64,000 nt of DNA from Bdellovibrionales bacterium (GTDB lineage Bacteria > Bdellovibrionota > Bdellovibrionia > Bdellovibrionales > JAGQZY01): assembly GCA_964230645.1 (NCBI GenBank), contig CAXRHT010000001.1:448001-512000 (forward strand). The letters are read 5' to 3'. How positions within the stretch are numbered: the stretch's first letter is position 1; each line of letters opens with the position of its first letter. Positions 29,943 to 39,532 of this stretch are shown one piece after another. A program made the translations under genes and the position numbers. The notes beneath the pieces are model-generated. The model was not told the origin of the DNA. It worked only from the letters and a program-made list of their open reading frames with translations, and searched no databases.

Positions 29943-31160
29943 TTACTCTGTAGCTAGTGAGCGTTTCGACTTTAGACTCTCGTAGCAGCTACAGCAAGCT
30001 TTTTCCTCAGAAGCTTTGCTGGTGCAGTATCCATCAAGAAATCTTATAGCTCTTTCTTGATCCTCTTTATTGGAGAGGTCATTGCTTAAAATATTATAGC
30101 AACTATGTGGATCACCCTCCCCACACGATAATTTCACCAACTCTAAAGACTTTTCGTGGTTCCCTTCAATTGCATAAAAATAAGAGGCTAAGCGACAAAA
30201 GTAGTCATTGTTTTCAGAACAATTGGTTTCCCAATCTGTTTTTAGCTTCCCATAAAGCTTCCCTTTGAAAATATCAAAGGCACTCTCGATATCGCTCTGT
30301 CTTAATGACTGTAAATTCTCTGCAGAAGAAATTTTACTACGATGAAAAGACACATCGCCAGCAAGCGGAACCGCCAGAAGGAGCAAACCGAAAGCAAATG
30401 AAATATATGATTTAACCCCAATTTTTTGTGGCTTTTCTACACCCATCAAAACTTTTTCTATCTCTCTCTGATCACCAGCTGGGTTCTCTCTTTTCCTGCG
30501 ATCAATTTCAACTTTTAGTCTGTGCATTGGCTCGAAATTTTTATTTTTCACTTTACCAGTATATTCTGGAAGAAATCTAAACCTATCAGCGTACAGGAGG
30601 GACACGTCAATTTTAAACCCATCATTAAAAAATATTCTCAGGGATGACCAAGAGAATTTCATTTCTTTGATTTCGTTAAAATATCTTGTTTCTTTGTATC
30701 CGTAAGAGCCAATTTCCAATTCTTCGTGGATAAAATTATCACCTATAACAATTATTTTTTGAAAATCACGAACTGACCATAGGCTTATTAAAAAGAGCGA
30801 GAAAGAAAACAAAGAATAAAGAATACTATCTGCAAGACTAAAAAAGGACAAGATGTTTACCATCAATAAAAGACTTAGAAAAAGTCCGCTCCCAAAAAGC
30901 ATGAATAAACTGAACCACTTTGAATACTTTAAAATTATTAATTTTTCTGAACTTTCAGATTCCCCACCTTTTTTCGCACCATTAAAAAAGGTTGCCATCA
31001 AGAACCCATAAAATGCTCCGCTGAGAATCCCAGTCATAAAAGCAGTCAATGAATCATAGGTAGTAAAAAAGTAAAACAACCCCATTCCCAGTCCAAAGGG
31101 GACACCAAGTTCAAGAATTTTTCTGTCTTTGAACAATTTTATTACTTTTTTGAAACTCAT
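29943..31160 (-). CDS. Hypothetical membrane protein with a C-terminal Cys-rich (Sel1/Hcp-like) region
   Basis: About 5 TM segments, a soluble middle, and a C-terminus CRLASY...SCGEGDPHSCY...CCSC. Visibly AT-rich. Sigma28-like TGAA-N15-ACCGATTA upstream. Confidence 0.7.
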   Translation of the reverse strand: MSFKKVIKLFKDRKILELGVPFGLGMGLFYFFTTYDSLTAFMTGILSGAFYGFLMATFFNGAKKGGESESSEKLIILKYSKWFSLFMLFGSGLFLSLLLMVNILSFFSLADSILYSLFSFSLFLISLWSVRDFQKIIVIGDNFIHEELEIGSYGYKETRYFNEIKEMKFSWSSLRIFFNDGFKIDVSLLYADRFRFLPEYTGKVKNKNFEPMHRLKVEIDRRKRENPAGDQREIEKVLMGVEKPQKIGVKSYISFAFGLLLLAVPLAGDVSFHRSKISSAENLQSLRQSDIESAFDIFKGKLYGKLKTDWETNCSENNDYFCRLASYFYAIEGNHEKSLELVKLSCGEGDPHSCYNILSNDLSNKEDQERAIRFLDGYCTSKASEEKACCSCYESLKSKRSLATE

Positions 31161-31402
31161 GATCTAATTCCTGTTGGATACTAATCGGTATTTTTAGACC
31201 ACCGTTCAAATATAATTAATTTATCGCTCTCATTTTGATACGCCATTAGACTGTACTTCCCCAGAGCTAAAAAAAACGTCCCTTTTCTGGTTATCCAAGG
31301 GTTATCATAAAGTTACCAACTCTTGATATTTCGGCAGATTTCAACGCATTTCAAACTCAAATTAGTTTTTTTATATCAAAATGGCTAAGTGTTGGGGCTA
31401 TA

Positions 31403-31428
31403 AGGTCCTTCGCTTCGCTCAGGACGAC
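31403..31428. repeat. Single REP-like half copy
   Basis: AGGTCCTTCGCTTCGCTCAGGACGAC is the reverse-orientation arm of the GTCATCCTGAGCGAAGCGAAGGATCT family. Confidence 0.75.
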
Positions 31429-31433
31429 GATAG

Positions 31434-31494
31434 GGAAATGGGGCAACCAACAGGTCATGAACCCTAGCGGGTTCAAGCCCCGTTGGGCGACCCA
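31434..31494. repeat. Hairpin made of two degenerate copies of the tRNA-His 3' end
   Basis: 31434-31464 matches 31562-31592 at 26/31 (direct). 31467-31494 matches the tRNA's last 28 nt at 25/28 (inverted). Confidence 0.8.
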
Positions 31495-31566
31495 CGAGCG
31501 CTAGCGAGCCCAACATCATCCATTGACGAAACTGGGAAGTGGAAACAAACAGGAAATGTGAGGAAA

Positions 31567-31643
31567 TGGGGCGACCGACGGGGCTTGAACCCGCGACAAC
31601 TGGAATCACAATCCAGGGCTCTACCAACTGAGCTACGGCCGCC
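31567..31643 (-). tRNA. tRNA-His (GUG)
   Basis: GGCGGCCGTAGCTCAGTTGGTAGAGCCCTGGATTGTGATTCCAGTTGTCGCGGGTTCAAGCCCCGTCGGTCGCCCCA: cloverleaf, GTG anticodon, G-1, encoded CCA. Confidence 0.97.
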
Positions 31644-31747
31644 ACAAAGGAAATCATTTTATGACAATAAATCCTTTGGGAATCAAGGTTTTTTGCTGGG
31701 GAATACCTGTGTGCTGGGAGTTCCGGTGGACTGGGATGCCGGTATTT

Positions 31748-33112
31748 TTATGGGGCGCAGGAGCCCACTCTTACGCCTCTGGCTGGGCAGAGATCCTTAT
31801 AGGAGGTGGCAAAGGGAGTGGCCACACCCCATTGGCCCGCAGCGTTGCATACGCGGCGAATACAATGAACGCCACTCTTTTGAGCTTCACAGCCCTTGGC
31901 ACCTTTTGGATTTCCCTCGCAGCTCCAGGCGCACTGCTGAAACTCAGCCGCTGGAGATTGGCAGAGAGCGCCGGGCTCGTTGAGTGAGGCCAGATTTCTG
32001 AGATCAGGTTTTAAAACATTGCCCTCTTCCAGAGCCCACTTTTTTTCTGGCGCTTTGGGTTTTGGTTTTATAAGTCCAAGAGATCTTCTTTTCTGCTCGG
32101 GCATCTGAAAAATGGGAGTGATAAATCCCTCTCCTGCCAGAGCCTGCTTTTCATCTTGAGTGAAAAGGTGCTTTGGCGTTTCGCTCACCCAACTGACAAA
32201 ATGACCTTCTTTTACTTCTATTTTCTTGCCCGAAAGATCTTGAGCTTTGATCACGTCCACTTTGTCTTTAAAACTTTCCACGCGTACTTTTAAACCCTCT
32301 TCATCCATCAGGTATTTCACTTGGTGGTGACCACTTGAGGCTCTGGTGAGGATTTGACCAGCTAATAAATCAAAGGAGGCGCCCTCTTTCATGGTCACAC
32401 GAAAATCACTGCCGCCATGAACTAGGTAAAGGAAAGGCTGGAAGCGACCAAGAATGGAGTGTGGATCATGAACGATCAGCTTTGATTTTTTAAAAAGGTC
32501 GATTAGAACTTCACCCTCTTCAAAGGCAATCTTTAGTTTTATGGAGTTGGGTGTGGGATTGGTGAGTTCATCGCCCACAAAGAGCTTTTGTTTTTGGCTG
32601 GGGTTAAAAGTTTTTCCGCGGTGAAAGATCTGGAGCTTTGAGCCGGCCTCTTTGATTTCCCCCACTACGAGATCGGAATACTCAGGGCCTGGGTCGCGGC
32701 GAGATTCGTTTTCGACTTCGATACGCCCGACATTTTCGGGAAGCTTTCTTTGATGCTGTTGGGCTTGCTTTGAATTTTTCGAAGCAGGAGAACGCTTCGA
32801 TCTTTTTGTTTGGCCTTTTTCTTTTTCGTAAACGAGTTCAAGATCTTTTTCCTCGGGAGCTTCGTCGGCACTTTTTTTACGCTTTGATAAACAGCCGAAA
32901 TAAAAATTCACGTTCTCGCAAATCACTTTGCGGCAGACATTGATATCACCCCAATCACAGAACCTCACCGTCTTCCCTACTGTCACTTCTTTTTGACAGG
33001 GCCCACAGGTGACCTTCGGGCATGAACAATCCCCCTCTTGTGCCACGGCAATTTCAGGGGCGCTGTTAAGCGTGATAAAAATGAATAAAAAGGTAAATAT
33101 AAATGCTTTCAT
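31748..33112 (-). CDS. Secreted hypothetical protein with Cys-rich termini and a FecR-like central region
   Basis: Signal peptide; 8 Cys near the N-terminus and 8 Cys at the C-terminus; central KLFVGDEL...SKLIV...LYLVHG beta-rich segment. Confidence 0.75.
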   Translation of the reverse strand: MKAFIFTFLFIFITLNSAPEIAVAQEGDCSCPKVTCGPCQKEVTVGKTVRFCDWGDINVCRKVICENVNFYFGCLSKRKKSADEAPEEKDLELVYEKEKGQTKRSKRSPASKNSKQAQQHQRKLPENVGRIEVENESRRDPGPEYSDLVVGEIKEAGSKLQIFHRGKTFNPSQKQKLFVGDELTNPTPNSIKLKIAFEEGEVLIDLFKKSKLIVHDPHSILGRFQPFLYLVHGGSDFRVTMKEGASFDLLAGQILTRASSGHHQVKYLMDEEGLKVRVESFKDKVDVIKAQDLSGKKIEVKEGHFVSWVSETPKHLFTQDEKQALAGEGFITPIFQMPEQKRRSLGLIKPKPKAPEKKWALEEGNVLKPDLRNLASLNEPGALCQSPAAEFQQCAWSCEGNPKGAKGCEAQKSGVHCIRRVCNAAGQWGVATPFATSYKDLCPARGVRVGSCAP

Positions 33113-33125
33113 CGTCTTCTTTGAC

Positions 33126-33152
33126 TTATCGGTTTTTCATCCTTGAAAATGA
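33126..33152 (-). promoter_or_regulatory. Sigma28-like promoter
   Basis: Minus-strand TCAT-N15-ACCGATAA, 13 nt before the ATG at 33112. Confidence 0.5.
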
Positions 33153-33475
33153 AGAGCCCTATTGGCTTTAAGACCCTTTACTTCTTTAATTTTTTCACAA
33201 TTCTCTGGGTTTTAAAAATTAAGATTCAATTATAATGACCAACGGCCCGAACTTCCGACTAAAAGGCTAGTTTTAAAGCGGGCCAAGGCTTTTAGGGCCT
33301 TCCTCATTTTTTTTTAAAAACGACACCTCATACTTTTTTTAGTTTTGTGTTTGCAAATAACCCATTGGAAAATCTCTTCTTCTGAAAGGTCTCAAAAGCA
33401 ATGCATCAAGGTTGGTTCTTGAAGGGTGACCTAAGTATGGGTAATCTAGAAAACTCGTTTAAAAGGAGGCCCACA

Positions 33476-34081
33476 GTGACCCGCAGCCTGTTGATATTAC
33501 TAGTAATTGCATTCAGCCAATCCAGCCTGGCTTTTTTTAGCCTTATGGACACTGGAGAATTGAAGAATGAAGGAGCCTACCGCGTTCAGGGTGAGGGTCA
33601 GATCCTTTTTGATAGTCCTGAAGGTTTTAATCTCAATGGCCGCTTTGCTACAGGAATAAATGAGGACTCAGAGATTCAGTTTGAAGCTGGTGTCGGCTCT
33701 ATCGACTACTACATGGGAGCTTTTTATAAATGGATCCCTTTTCCTGATACGGCAGACCAACCGGCCATTGGAGTCAGAGGAGGGCTTACTTTTGCTGATA
33801 TAAGTGGCCTTTCCACTTACGGGCTTAATATTACCCCACTTATTAGTAAACGCCTTGATTCCGATGCCGGCGCTTTTTCTCCTTATGGTGGTGTGCAAAT
33901 GGGACTTCAGAACAATGTGCACGACACCTATTTTTCACTGCAAGCCGTTGTGGGTGTGCAGTGGACTCCCAATGAGTGGGATTTTCGTCAACTCAAAGAC
34001 TTTAACTTCCTTGCCGAGTATGGCTTTGAAATCGACGATTCTTTCAACTATCTAAGTCTCGGTGTGGCCTACAACTTCTAA
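33476..34081 (+). CDS. Putative outer-membrane beta-barrel protein
   Basis: GTG start after AGGAGG; signal peptide ending SSLA; alternating beta-strand pattern; C-terminal YLSLGVAYNF (BAM-type terminal Phe). Confidence 0.7.
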   Translation: MTRSLLILLVIAFSQSSLAFFSLMDTGELKNEGAYRVQGEGQILFDSPEGFNLNGRFATGINEDSEIQFEAGVGSIDYYMGAFYKWIPFPDTADQPAIGVRGGLTFADISGLSTYGLNITPLISKRLDSDAGAFSPYGGVQMGLQNNVHDTYFSLQAVVGVQWTPNEWDFRQLKDFNFLAEYGFEIDDSFNYLSLGVAYNF

Positions 34082-34102
34082 TCTTTTCTTAAAGGAGAGG
34101 AC

Positions 34103-34552
34103 ATGAACTTTTCCCTTTTATTAACGAGTCTTCTCCTGCCCGCTCAAGCCCTAGCACTGAGCCTTTCTTTTATTGGTCCTTGTGACAAGGAGCCTCTCTT
34201 TGAAACCTCTCAGGAACTTTCAAAAGAGGAGAACGTGGGAGTCATCACCACCCAAGTTTTAGAAAATAACGATATTGAATTTGTAGGCTCAGAACTGGGT
34301 CTCAACTCAGCCTTTGGAACCCCCATGGGCACTGAGGCCTACGAAATCATAAGTAAATCCGAGATGTATGCTTACGGTTGGTGTTATTCGGTCAATGGCT
34401 TTGAGCCGGCCCTTTACCCCAACGAGATAGCAGTAAAGCAAGATGATAAAATCCTCTGGTGGTTTGGTTACGCCCACTACAAAGAGGGCGAGTGGATTTC
34501 ACAGTGTGAGCCTTCTTATAAAAGAAAACCTGATTTTCTTTGCGCTCAATAA
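34103..34552 (+). CDS. Secreted DUF4430-like (transcobalamin C-terminal-like) protein
   Basis: Signal peptide; YGWCYSVNG...DKILWWFGY motif. Confidence 0.6.
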   Translation: MNFSLLLTSLLLPAQALALSLSFIGPCDKEPLFETSQELSKEENVGVITTQVLENNDIEFVGSELGLNSAFGTPMGTEAYEIISKSEMYAYGWCYSVNGFEPALYPNEIAVKQDDKILWWFGYAHYKEGEWISQCEPSYKRKPDFLCAQ

Positions 34553-34589
34553 AAAAAAGCCACTGGCTTTTTGCCAATGGCTTTTTTGT
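34551..34589. terminator. Bidirectional terminator (DUF4430 gene / dnaK)
   Basis: AAAAAAAAGCCACTGGC-TTTTT-GCCAATGGCTTTTTT. Confidence 0.8.
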
Positions 34590-34615
34590 TTTCTCTTGAG
34601 AATTACTTCCAAGAA

Positions 34616-36571
34616 TTAGTTGATGTCTTTAAAGTCCACGTCGATAGGATCGTCGCCGTCTTTTTTCTGATCATCGGATCCCGATTGCGTAGGCTCACCA
34701 CCGGCGTCGGCGGCTCCTTGCTGAGCTGAAGCTTGATCTCCACCTTGGTCGGCTGTTTGCTGAGAGTAAAGTTCAGAGCTTAGCGTTTGAGCCACGTTTT
34801 GCAGTCTTTCAAAGGCACCTTTAAGTTCATCGTTACTTGCCTCAGTGCCTTTCACAGAAACTTTTTTCGCTTCCTCGATAGCTTCATTGGCGGTTTTCAC
34901 AGACTCTTCCTGGAACTTGCCTTCGTTATCAGAGATCATTTTCTCTGTTTGATAAGTAAGGTTGTCCAAGTCGTTTCTTAGAGTCACTTGCTCACGCTTC
35001 ACTTTATCCGTGTCAGCGTTAGCTTCAGCTTCTTTCACCATGCGATCGATTTCATCTTCGCTGAGTCCTGACTGTGCCTTCACCTGAATGGCCTGCTCTT
35101 TTCCAGTGCCCAGGTCTTTGGCGGACACATTGAGAATTCCGTTGGCATCGATATCAAAAGTCACCTCGATTTGAGGAACTCCTCTCGGGGCTGGTGGGAT
35201 TCCCACAAGCTCGAAAGTTCCAAGGGACTTATTATCAGCGGCCATCTCACGCTCCCCTTGCATCACATGCACCTGCACGCTGCTTTGGTTGTCAGCGGCG
35301 GTCGAGAACACCTGAGATTTTTTCACTGGAATGGTCGTGTTTCTATCGATCAATTTAGTCATGACTCCACCGAGAGTTTCAAGACCAAGAGAAAGAGGCG
35401 TTACATCTAAAAGAAGAACGTCTTTTACATCTCCGGCTAAAACGCCCCCTTGAATCGCAGCCCCTAGGGCCACAACTTCGTCCGGGTTTACCGAGCGGTT
35501 AGGAGTTTTTCCAAAAAAGTCGGTCACCGCTTTTTGGATAGCAGGGATTCTTGTCGACCCACCAACAAGAACCACCTCGTCGATGTCTTTCACTGACCAA
35601 CCGGCATCCTTAAGTGCTTTTTCACAAGGCTCAAGAGAGCGCTTCACAAGGGCTGCTGTGAGTTGATCAAATTTCGCACGAGTTAATTTCACGTTTAAGT
35701 GTTTGGGTCCTGATTGATCGGCTGTGATAAAAGGAAGGTTCACTTCCGTTTCTTGAGTGGAGCTGAGTTCAATCTTTCCTTTCTCAGCCGCTTCTTTTAA
35801 GCGTTGCACAGCCATCTTGTCGTTACGAAGATCAATGCCTTGATCTTTTTTGAACTCTTCCACAAGCCAGTCAAAAATCAACTCGTCAAAGTTGTCACCA
35901 CCAAGGTGAGTGTCACCGTTTGTAGCTTTCACTTCTACAACGTTATCGCCCACTTCTAGAACGGAGATATCAAAAGTTCCTCCTCCTAAATCGTAGACAG
36001 CAATTTTTTGATCTTCTGTCTTATCAAATCCGTAAGCTAGAGCCGCGGCTGTTGGCTCGTTAATAATACGTTGAACATTAAGACCCGCGATTTTACCGGC
36101 ATCTTTTGTGGCCTGTCTTTGAGCATCGTTAAAGTAGGCAGGCACTGTCACGACAGCGTCGGTGACTTGTTGACCGAGATAGTCTTCGGCGACTTTTTTA
36201 AGTTTTCCTAAAACAGCAGCTCCCATCTCTTCAGGGGACATTGTTTTTTCTTCTCCGTCGACTTTCACAGAGAATCCACAATCGTTGTTGCCTTTTTTCA
36301 CCACTTTATAGGGCACACGCTTGATCTCTTCTTGCACCTCTTCAAAACGTCGACCGATAAATCTTTTGGCCGAGTAGATGGTGTTCTCAGGATTTGTAAC
36401 AGCTTGGCGCTTGGCCACTTGCCCCACGAGTTTTTCTCCATCTTTGAAAGCAATAATCGAGGGAGTTGTGCGGTTTCCTTCTTCATTCACGATAACCTTG
36501 GCGTCTCCACCTTCCATCACCGCGACACAAGAGTTGGTGGTTCCCAAGTCAATTCCTATTACTTTTCCCAT
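34616..36571 (-). CDS. dnaK: Chaperone DnaK (Hsp70)
   Basis: [46 protein letters not shown]. Confidence 0.98.
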   Translation of the reverse strand: MGKVIGIDLGTTNSCVAVMEGGDAKVIVNEEGNRTTPSIIAFKDGEKLVGQVAKRQAVTNPENTIYSAKRFIGRRFEEVQEEIKRVPYKVVKKGNNDCGFSVKVDGEEKTMSPEEMGAAVLGKLKKVAEDYLGQQVTDAVVTVPAYFNDAQRQATKDAGKIAGLNVQRIINEPTAAALAYGFDKTEDQKIAVYDLGGGTFDISVLEVGDNVVEVKATNGDTHLGGDNFDELIFDWLVEEFKKDQGIDLRNDKMAVQRLKEAAEKGKIELSSTQETEVNLPFITADQSGPKHLNVKLTRAKFDQLTAALVKRSLEPCEKALKDAGWSVKDIDEVVLVGGSTRIPAIQKAVTDFFGKTPNRSVNPDEVVALGAAIQGGVLAGDVKDVLLLDVTPLSLGLETLGGVMTKLIDRNTTIPVKKSQVFSTAADNQSSVQVHVMQGEREMAADNKSLGTFELVGIPPAPRGVPQIEVTFDIDANGILNVSAKDLGTGKEQAIQVKAQSGLSEDEIDRMVKEAEANADTDKVKREQVTLRNDLDNLTYQTEKMISDNEGKFQEESVKTANEAIEEAKKVSVKGTEASNDELKGAFERLQNVAQTLSSELYSQQTADQGGDQASAQQGAADAGGEPTQSGSDDQKKDGDDPIDVDFKDIN

Positions 36572-36687
36572 TGATACTTCTCCTTAAATCATGTCCAACG
36601 GATACCTAAGATCCTTATACTTTTAATTTGAGTTTTGTTATTAAACTGTCAAGGTGAACCCTTAAAAAGGCACCTAAGTTACTAAAA

Positions 36688-37800
36688 TTAGCTGAATATC
36701 CCTTTCTTTTCGTTCACTTTTTCGCCACGAACATCAGCCAATTCGCGCAGGATTTTCTCTTCTTGTTTTTTAAGCTTCTTGGGGAACTCCACCTCAAGTC
36801 TTAAGCAAATGTCTCCTCTTTGCCCGGTGCGAATATCGGGAACACCCAATTGTCTCATTCTGAGGATACTTCCGGGCTGCGAGCCCTCAGGGATGGTGAG
36901 TTGTTTTTTGCCATCAAAGGTGTCCACTTGCACCTCGGTACCAAGAAGCATTTGAAGATAGGAAATTTTCACACTGCTTAATAGATCATTTCCTTGGCGA
37001 TCAAACTTATGATGACGACGCACTCTAATTTCCACATAAAGATCACCAGAAGGACCATTTCTTAAGCCCCCCTCACCTTCTCCGGCCACACGCAAGCGCG
37101 TACCATTGTCGACACCACTTGGAATCGTCACTGTGATTTTTTTCGTCACACGTTTGCGACCTTTTCCGCGGCATTCTTTACAAGGATTTTTGATGACCTG
37201 CCCAGCTCCACGACAGGCAGGACAAGTTGTCGCCACAGAGAAAAATCCCTGCTGATTGACCACCTGGCCTTGACCACCACAAGTCTGACAAGTGCTTGTT
37301 TCAGAACCAGGCTCTGAGCCTTTACCGCTACAGCGATTGCAGCTCTCATCGGTGTCGAATTCTAAATTTTTATCAATCCCTTTGATGACTTCATCAAGTT
37401 CCACCTCGAGCATATAGCGAAGGTCGGCTCCTCTTTGAGGGCCGGTGCGAGAACGTCTTCGACCGCCAGGGCCGCCCATACCACCCATTCCGAAGAAATC
37501 ACTGAAGATGTCTCCGAAGCTTGAGAAAATATCGTCGACATTTTCAAAACCTTGGCCACCGAAACCGCCGCCACCATTTTTAAAGGCGGCATGGCCGAAT
37601 TGATCGTATTTTGCTTTTTTATCGGAATCGCCGAGAACTCCGTAGGCTTCCGCTGCTTCCTTAAATTTATCTTCTGCGGCTTGGTCCCCAGGGTTCTTGT
37701 CGGGGTGGTATTGCATGGCCATTTTTCGGTAGGCCTTTTTGATTTCACCTTGTGACGCTGATCTGGAAACACCTAAAACTTCGTAATAATCTCGACTCAT
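36688..37800 (-). CDS. dnaJ: Chaperone DnaJ
   Basis: J domain with HPD, G/F region, four CxxCxGxG repeats. Confidence 0.97.
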   Translation of the reverse strand: MSRDYYEVLGVSRSASQGEIKKAYRKMAMQYHPDKNPGDQAAEDKFKEAAEAYGVLGDSDKKAKYDQFGHAAFKNGGGGFGGQGFENVDDIFSSFGDIFSDFFGMGGMGGPGGRRRSRTGPQRGADLRYMLEVELDEVIKGIDKNLEFDTDESCNRCSGKGSEPGSETSTCQTCGGQGQVVNQQGFFSVATTCPACRGAGQVIKNPCKECRGKGRKRVTKKITVTIPSGVDNGTRLRVAGEGEGGLRNGPSGDLYVEIRVRRHHKFDRQGNDLLSSVKISYLQMLLGTEVQVDTFDGKKQLTIPEGSQPGSILRMRQLGVPDIRTGQRGDICLRLEVEFPKKLKKQEEKILRELADVRGEKVNEKKGIFS

Positions 37801-37929
37801 TGACTAAAAACCTCGCACATCCCCAAGATGAGGCTCCAGGCCCAATCGTCAAGGTAAGGATTCAATACTTTTTTTAAATCACTGAAATAAGTGTGTTTTT
37901 TTTTAAAAGTATTTCACTGCCGGTGGTTT

Positions 37930-38135
37930 GCTCAGAGTCCTATTAAGAATTGTTCAAAGTCATCTGGAGCATTATTCAAAGTCATCCTGAGAATTGTTCA
38001 GAGTCATCCTGAGCGAAGCGAAGGATCTTAGGTCTTTCGCTTCGCTCAAGACGACATGTTTTCTCTCAAGACGACAGCCTTCGCTCAGAACGACATATTT
38101 TTGCTTTAGACGACTGGTTTCTATGAAGACGACTG
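37930..38135. repeat. REP-like palindrome (core 38003-38055) with tandem sub-repeats on both sides
   Basis: Core differs from the 18904-18956 core at 1 of 53 nt. Left GTC-anchored units at 37937, 37959, 37981 and 38003 (22 bp). Right units end at 38055, 38075, 38094, 38114 and 38133 (19-20 bp). Confidence 0.85.
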
Positions 38136-38257
38136 ATTTTCGATAAAGAAAAGGGCTGAAGATAATAACTGCGACAATTCTAAGCAGAACAGCACTCGGC
38201 TTAAGAGACGAAGGGAAAGATCCTTGAGTGTTCTATTTTTAAGCAGAAGTGCCGCGA

Positions 38258-38983
38258 CTACTGCGATTGATAACTCTCCATAAGAGTTTCGTTCACTCGA
38301 TTGAGCTGATTTTTAATTCTGTCTCTATACATCCCGGTGCGATCTCGCTGTAAGACCGTTTCAAGAATTGTTTTGGCAAACTCTGCTCGCCCCAATTTCG
38401 TCAAAAGTTTCGCCGATAGAGAAAAAACCCATCTCGGAGCTCCTCTTTTCCCAGCTCTTACTAGTAGAGCCGAAGCGGATTCAGCATTCTGCAGCTCGAA
38501 GAGTTCGTGATAGGCCGTTCGGTAGAGAAGCTTCCAATCCTCTGGATAATACTCAAGCCCTTTATTGAGAATTTTAGCAGCCCCAGCACGGTCATCCACC
38601 AAAACACTCAGCATCACTCCCCCATCAAGATAAACGGCTTTAAAATCAGGGCTCAAATCAGAGATCACATCAAGCATTTGAAAAACCCAACCTTCATCAC
38701 AAGTAGACTGTGGCAACTCCCTAGTGAGAACATCATTGACTGGATCCATACCTTCTCTGGGGCTCGGGTATTTACTTCGGTCTTTGTTTTGATCACAAAT
38801 ATGAAAGTCTTGCACCACTCTCACCCACATTAGGCTCGATAAAAAATCGTTGTAGCCAAATGTGAAGGAAGTCATTTTTTTTGATGGTGGAATAAAAATA
38901 TCGGGAACTTTTCGCTCTTTTCTAAACTGAAAATGAAACTGAATGAGAACAAAAACCACAAGGGTGAGTAATATCGCTTTCAT
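38258..38983 (-). CDS. PilG/XapA-like TPR-type pilus accessory protein
   Basis: N-terminal TM; FGYNDFLSSLMWVRVVQ, LDVISDLSPDF..VY, ILNKGLEYYPEDWKL and GAPRWVFSL resemble the deltaproteobacterial pilA-linked PilG/XapA family. Confidence 0.6.
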   Translation of the reverse strand: MKAILLTLVVFVLIQFHFQFRKERKVPDIFIPPSKKMTSFTFGYNDFLSSLMWVRVVQDFHICDQNKDRSKYPSPREGMDPVNDVLTRELPQSTCDEGWVFQMLDVISDLSPDFKAVYLDGGVMLSVLVDDRAGAAKILNKGLEYYPEDWKLLYRTAYHELFELQNAESASALLVRAGKRGAPRWVFSLSAKLLTKLGRAEFAKTILETVLQRDRTGMYRDRIKNQLNRVNETLMESYQSQ

Positions 38984-39187
38984 AAAAACTCCCGACTAAA
39001 AGAATAGCCGGTTTGTACACAAAATCAAGACAAGGGCTGTGGCCTTGACAAGCTTTCTTTTGAACTCATGTTTAAATGGTAAGACGGGACAACCTGTCAT
39101 TGCGAGTATGGCTCGGACTACATAGAATTAAGACTGGACCATTGTCGATAGAGAGGAGTTCCATGAAGGACGCGTGTTATAATAAAA

Positions 39188-39531
39188 TGATGAGTCGGAA
39201 GTTTATTGTATCAATGGGAGACGACGAAGAGCTGGATGAGAATCTCGACACCGGGGTGATCGATAAAGCTAAAATTCAAGAACCCTCTTTTTACAAAGTC
39301 ATTTTACTCAACGACGATTTCACACCGATGGATTTTGTCACACACGTTCTACAGAAGTTTTTTAACAAGAGCCCAGAGGAGGCCAAACAAGTCATGCTCG
39401 ATGTCCACCAAAAAGGTCAGGGCGTGGCCGGTGTTTTTAGTTTTGAAGTGGCTGAAACAAAAGTGTTTCTCACTAATAATTTAGCCAAGCAAAACAAGTA
39501 TCCTCTGAAGTGTACCATGGAAAAGGATTAA
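39188..39531 (+). CDS. clpS: ATP-dependent Clp protease adaptor ClpS (start uncertain)
   Basis: PSFYKVILLNDDFTPMDFV...MLDVHQKGQGVAGVF...YPLKCTME. Confidence 0.93.
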
Positions 39532-39532
39532 T

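Noticed and set aside
28250..31643. Intact integrative element or prophage at tRNA-His
   Set aside because: No integrase, transposase or phage genes, and no distal att copy was found in the window
31385..31987. ORFs 31385-31657, 31483-31983 and 31661-31987
   Set aside because: They overlap tRNA-His or lie antisense to the Cys-rich gene; shadow ORFs
37930..38135. Possible CRISPR array (also 48209-48534 and 18824-19005)
   Set aside because: Units are 19-28 bp in total with no unique spacers of CRISPR length, they are anchored on REP palindromes, and there are no cas genes in the window
38189..38235. CIRCE element upstream of dnaJ
   Set aside because: Only a half-site (AGCACTC); no GAGTGCTAA at the 9-nt spacing
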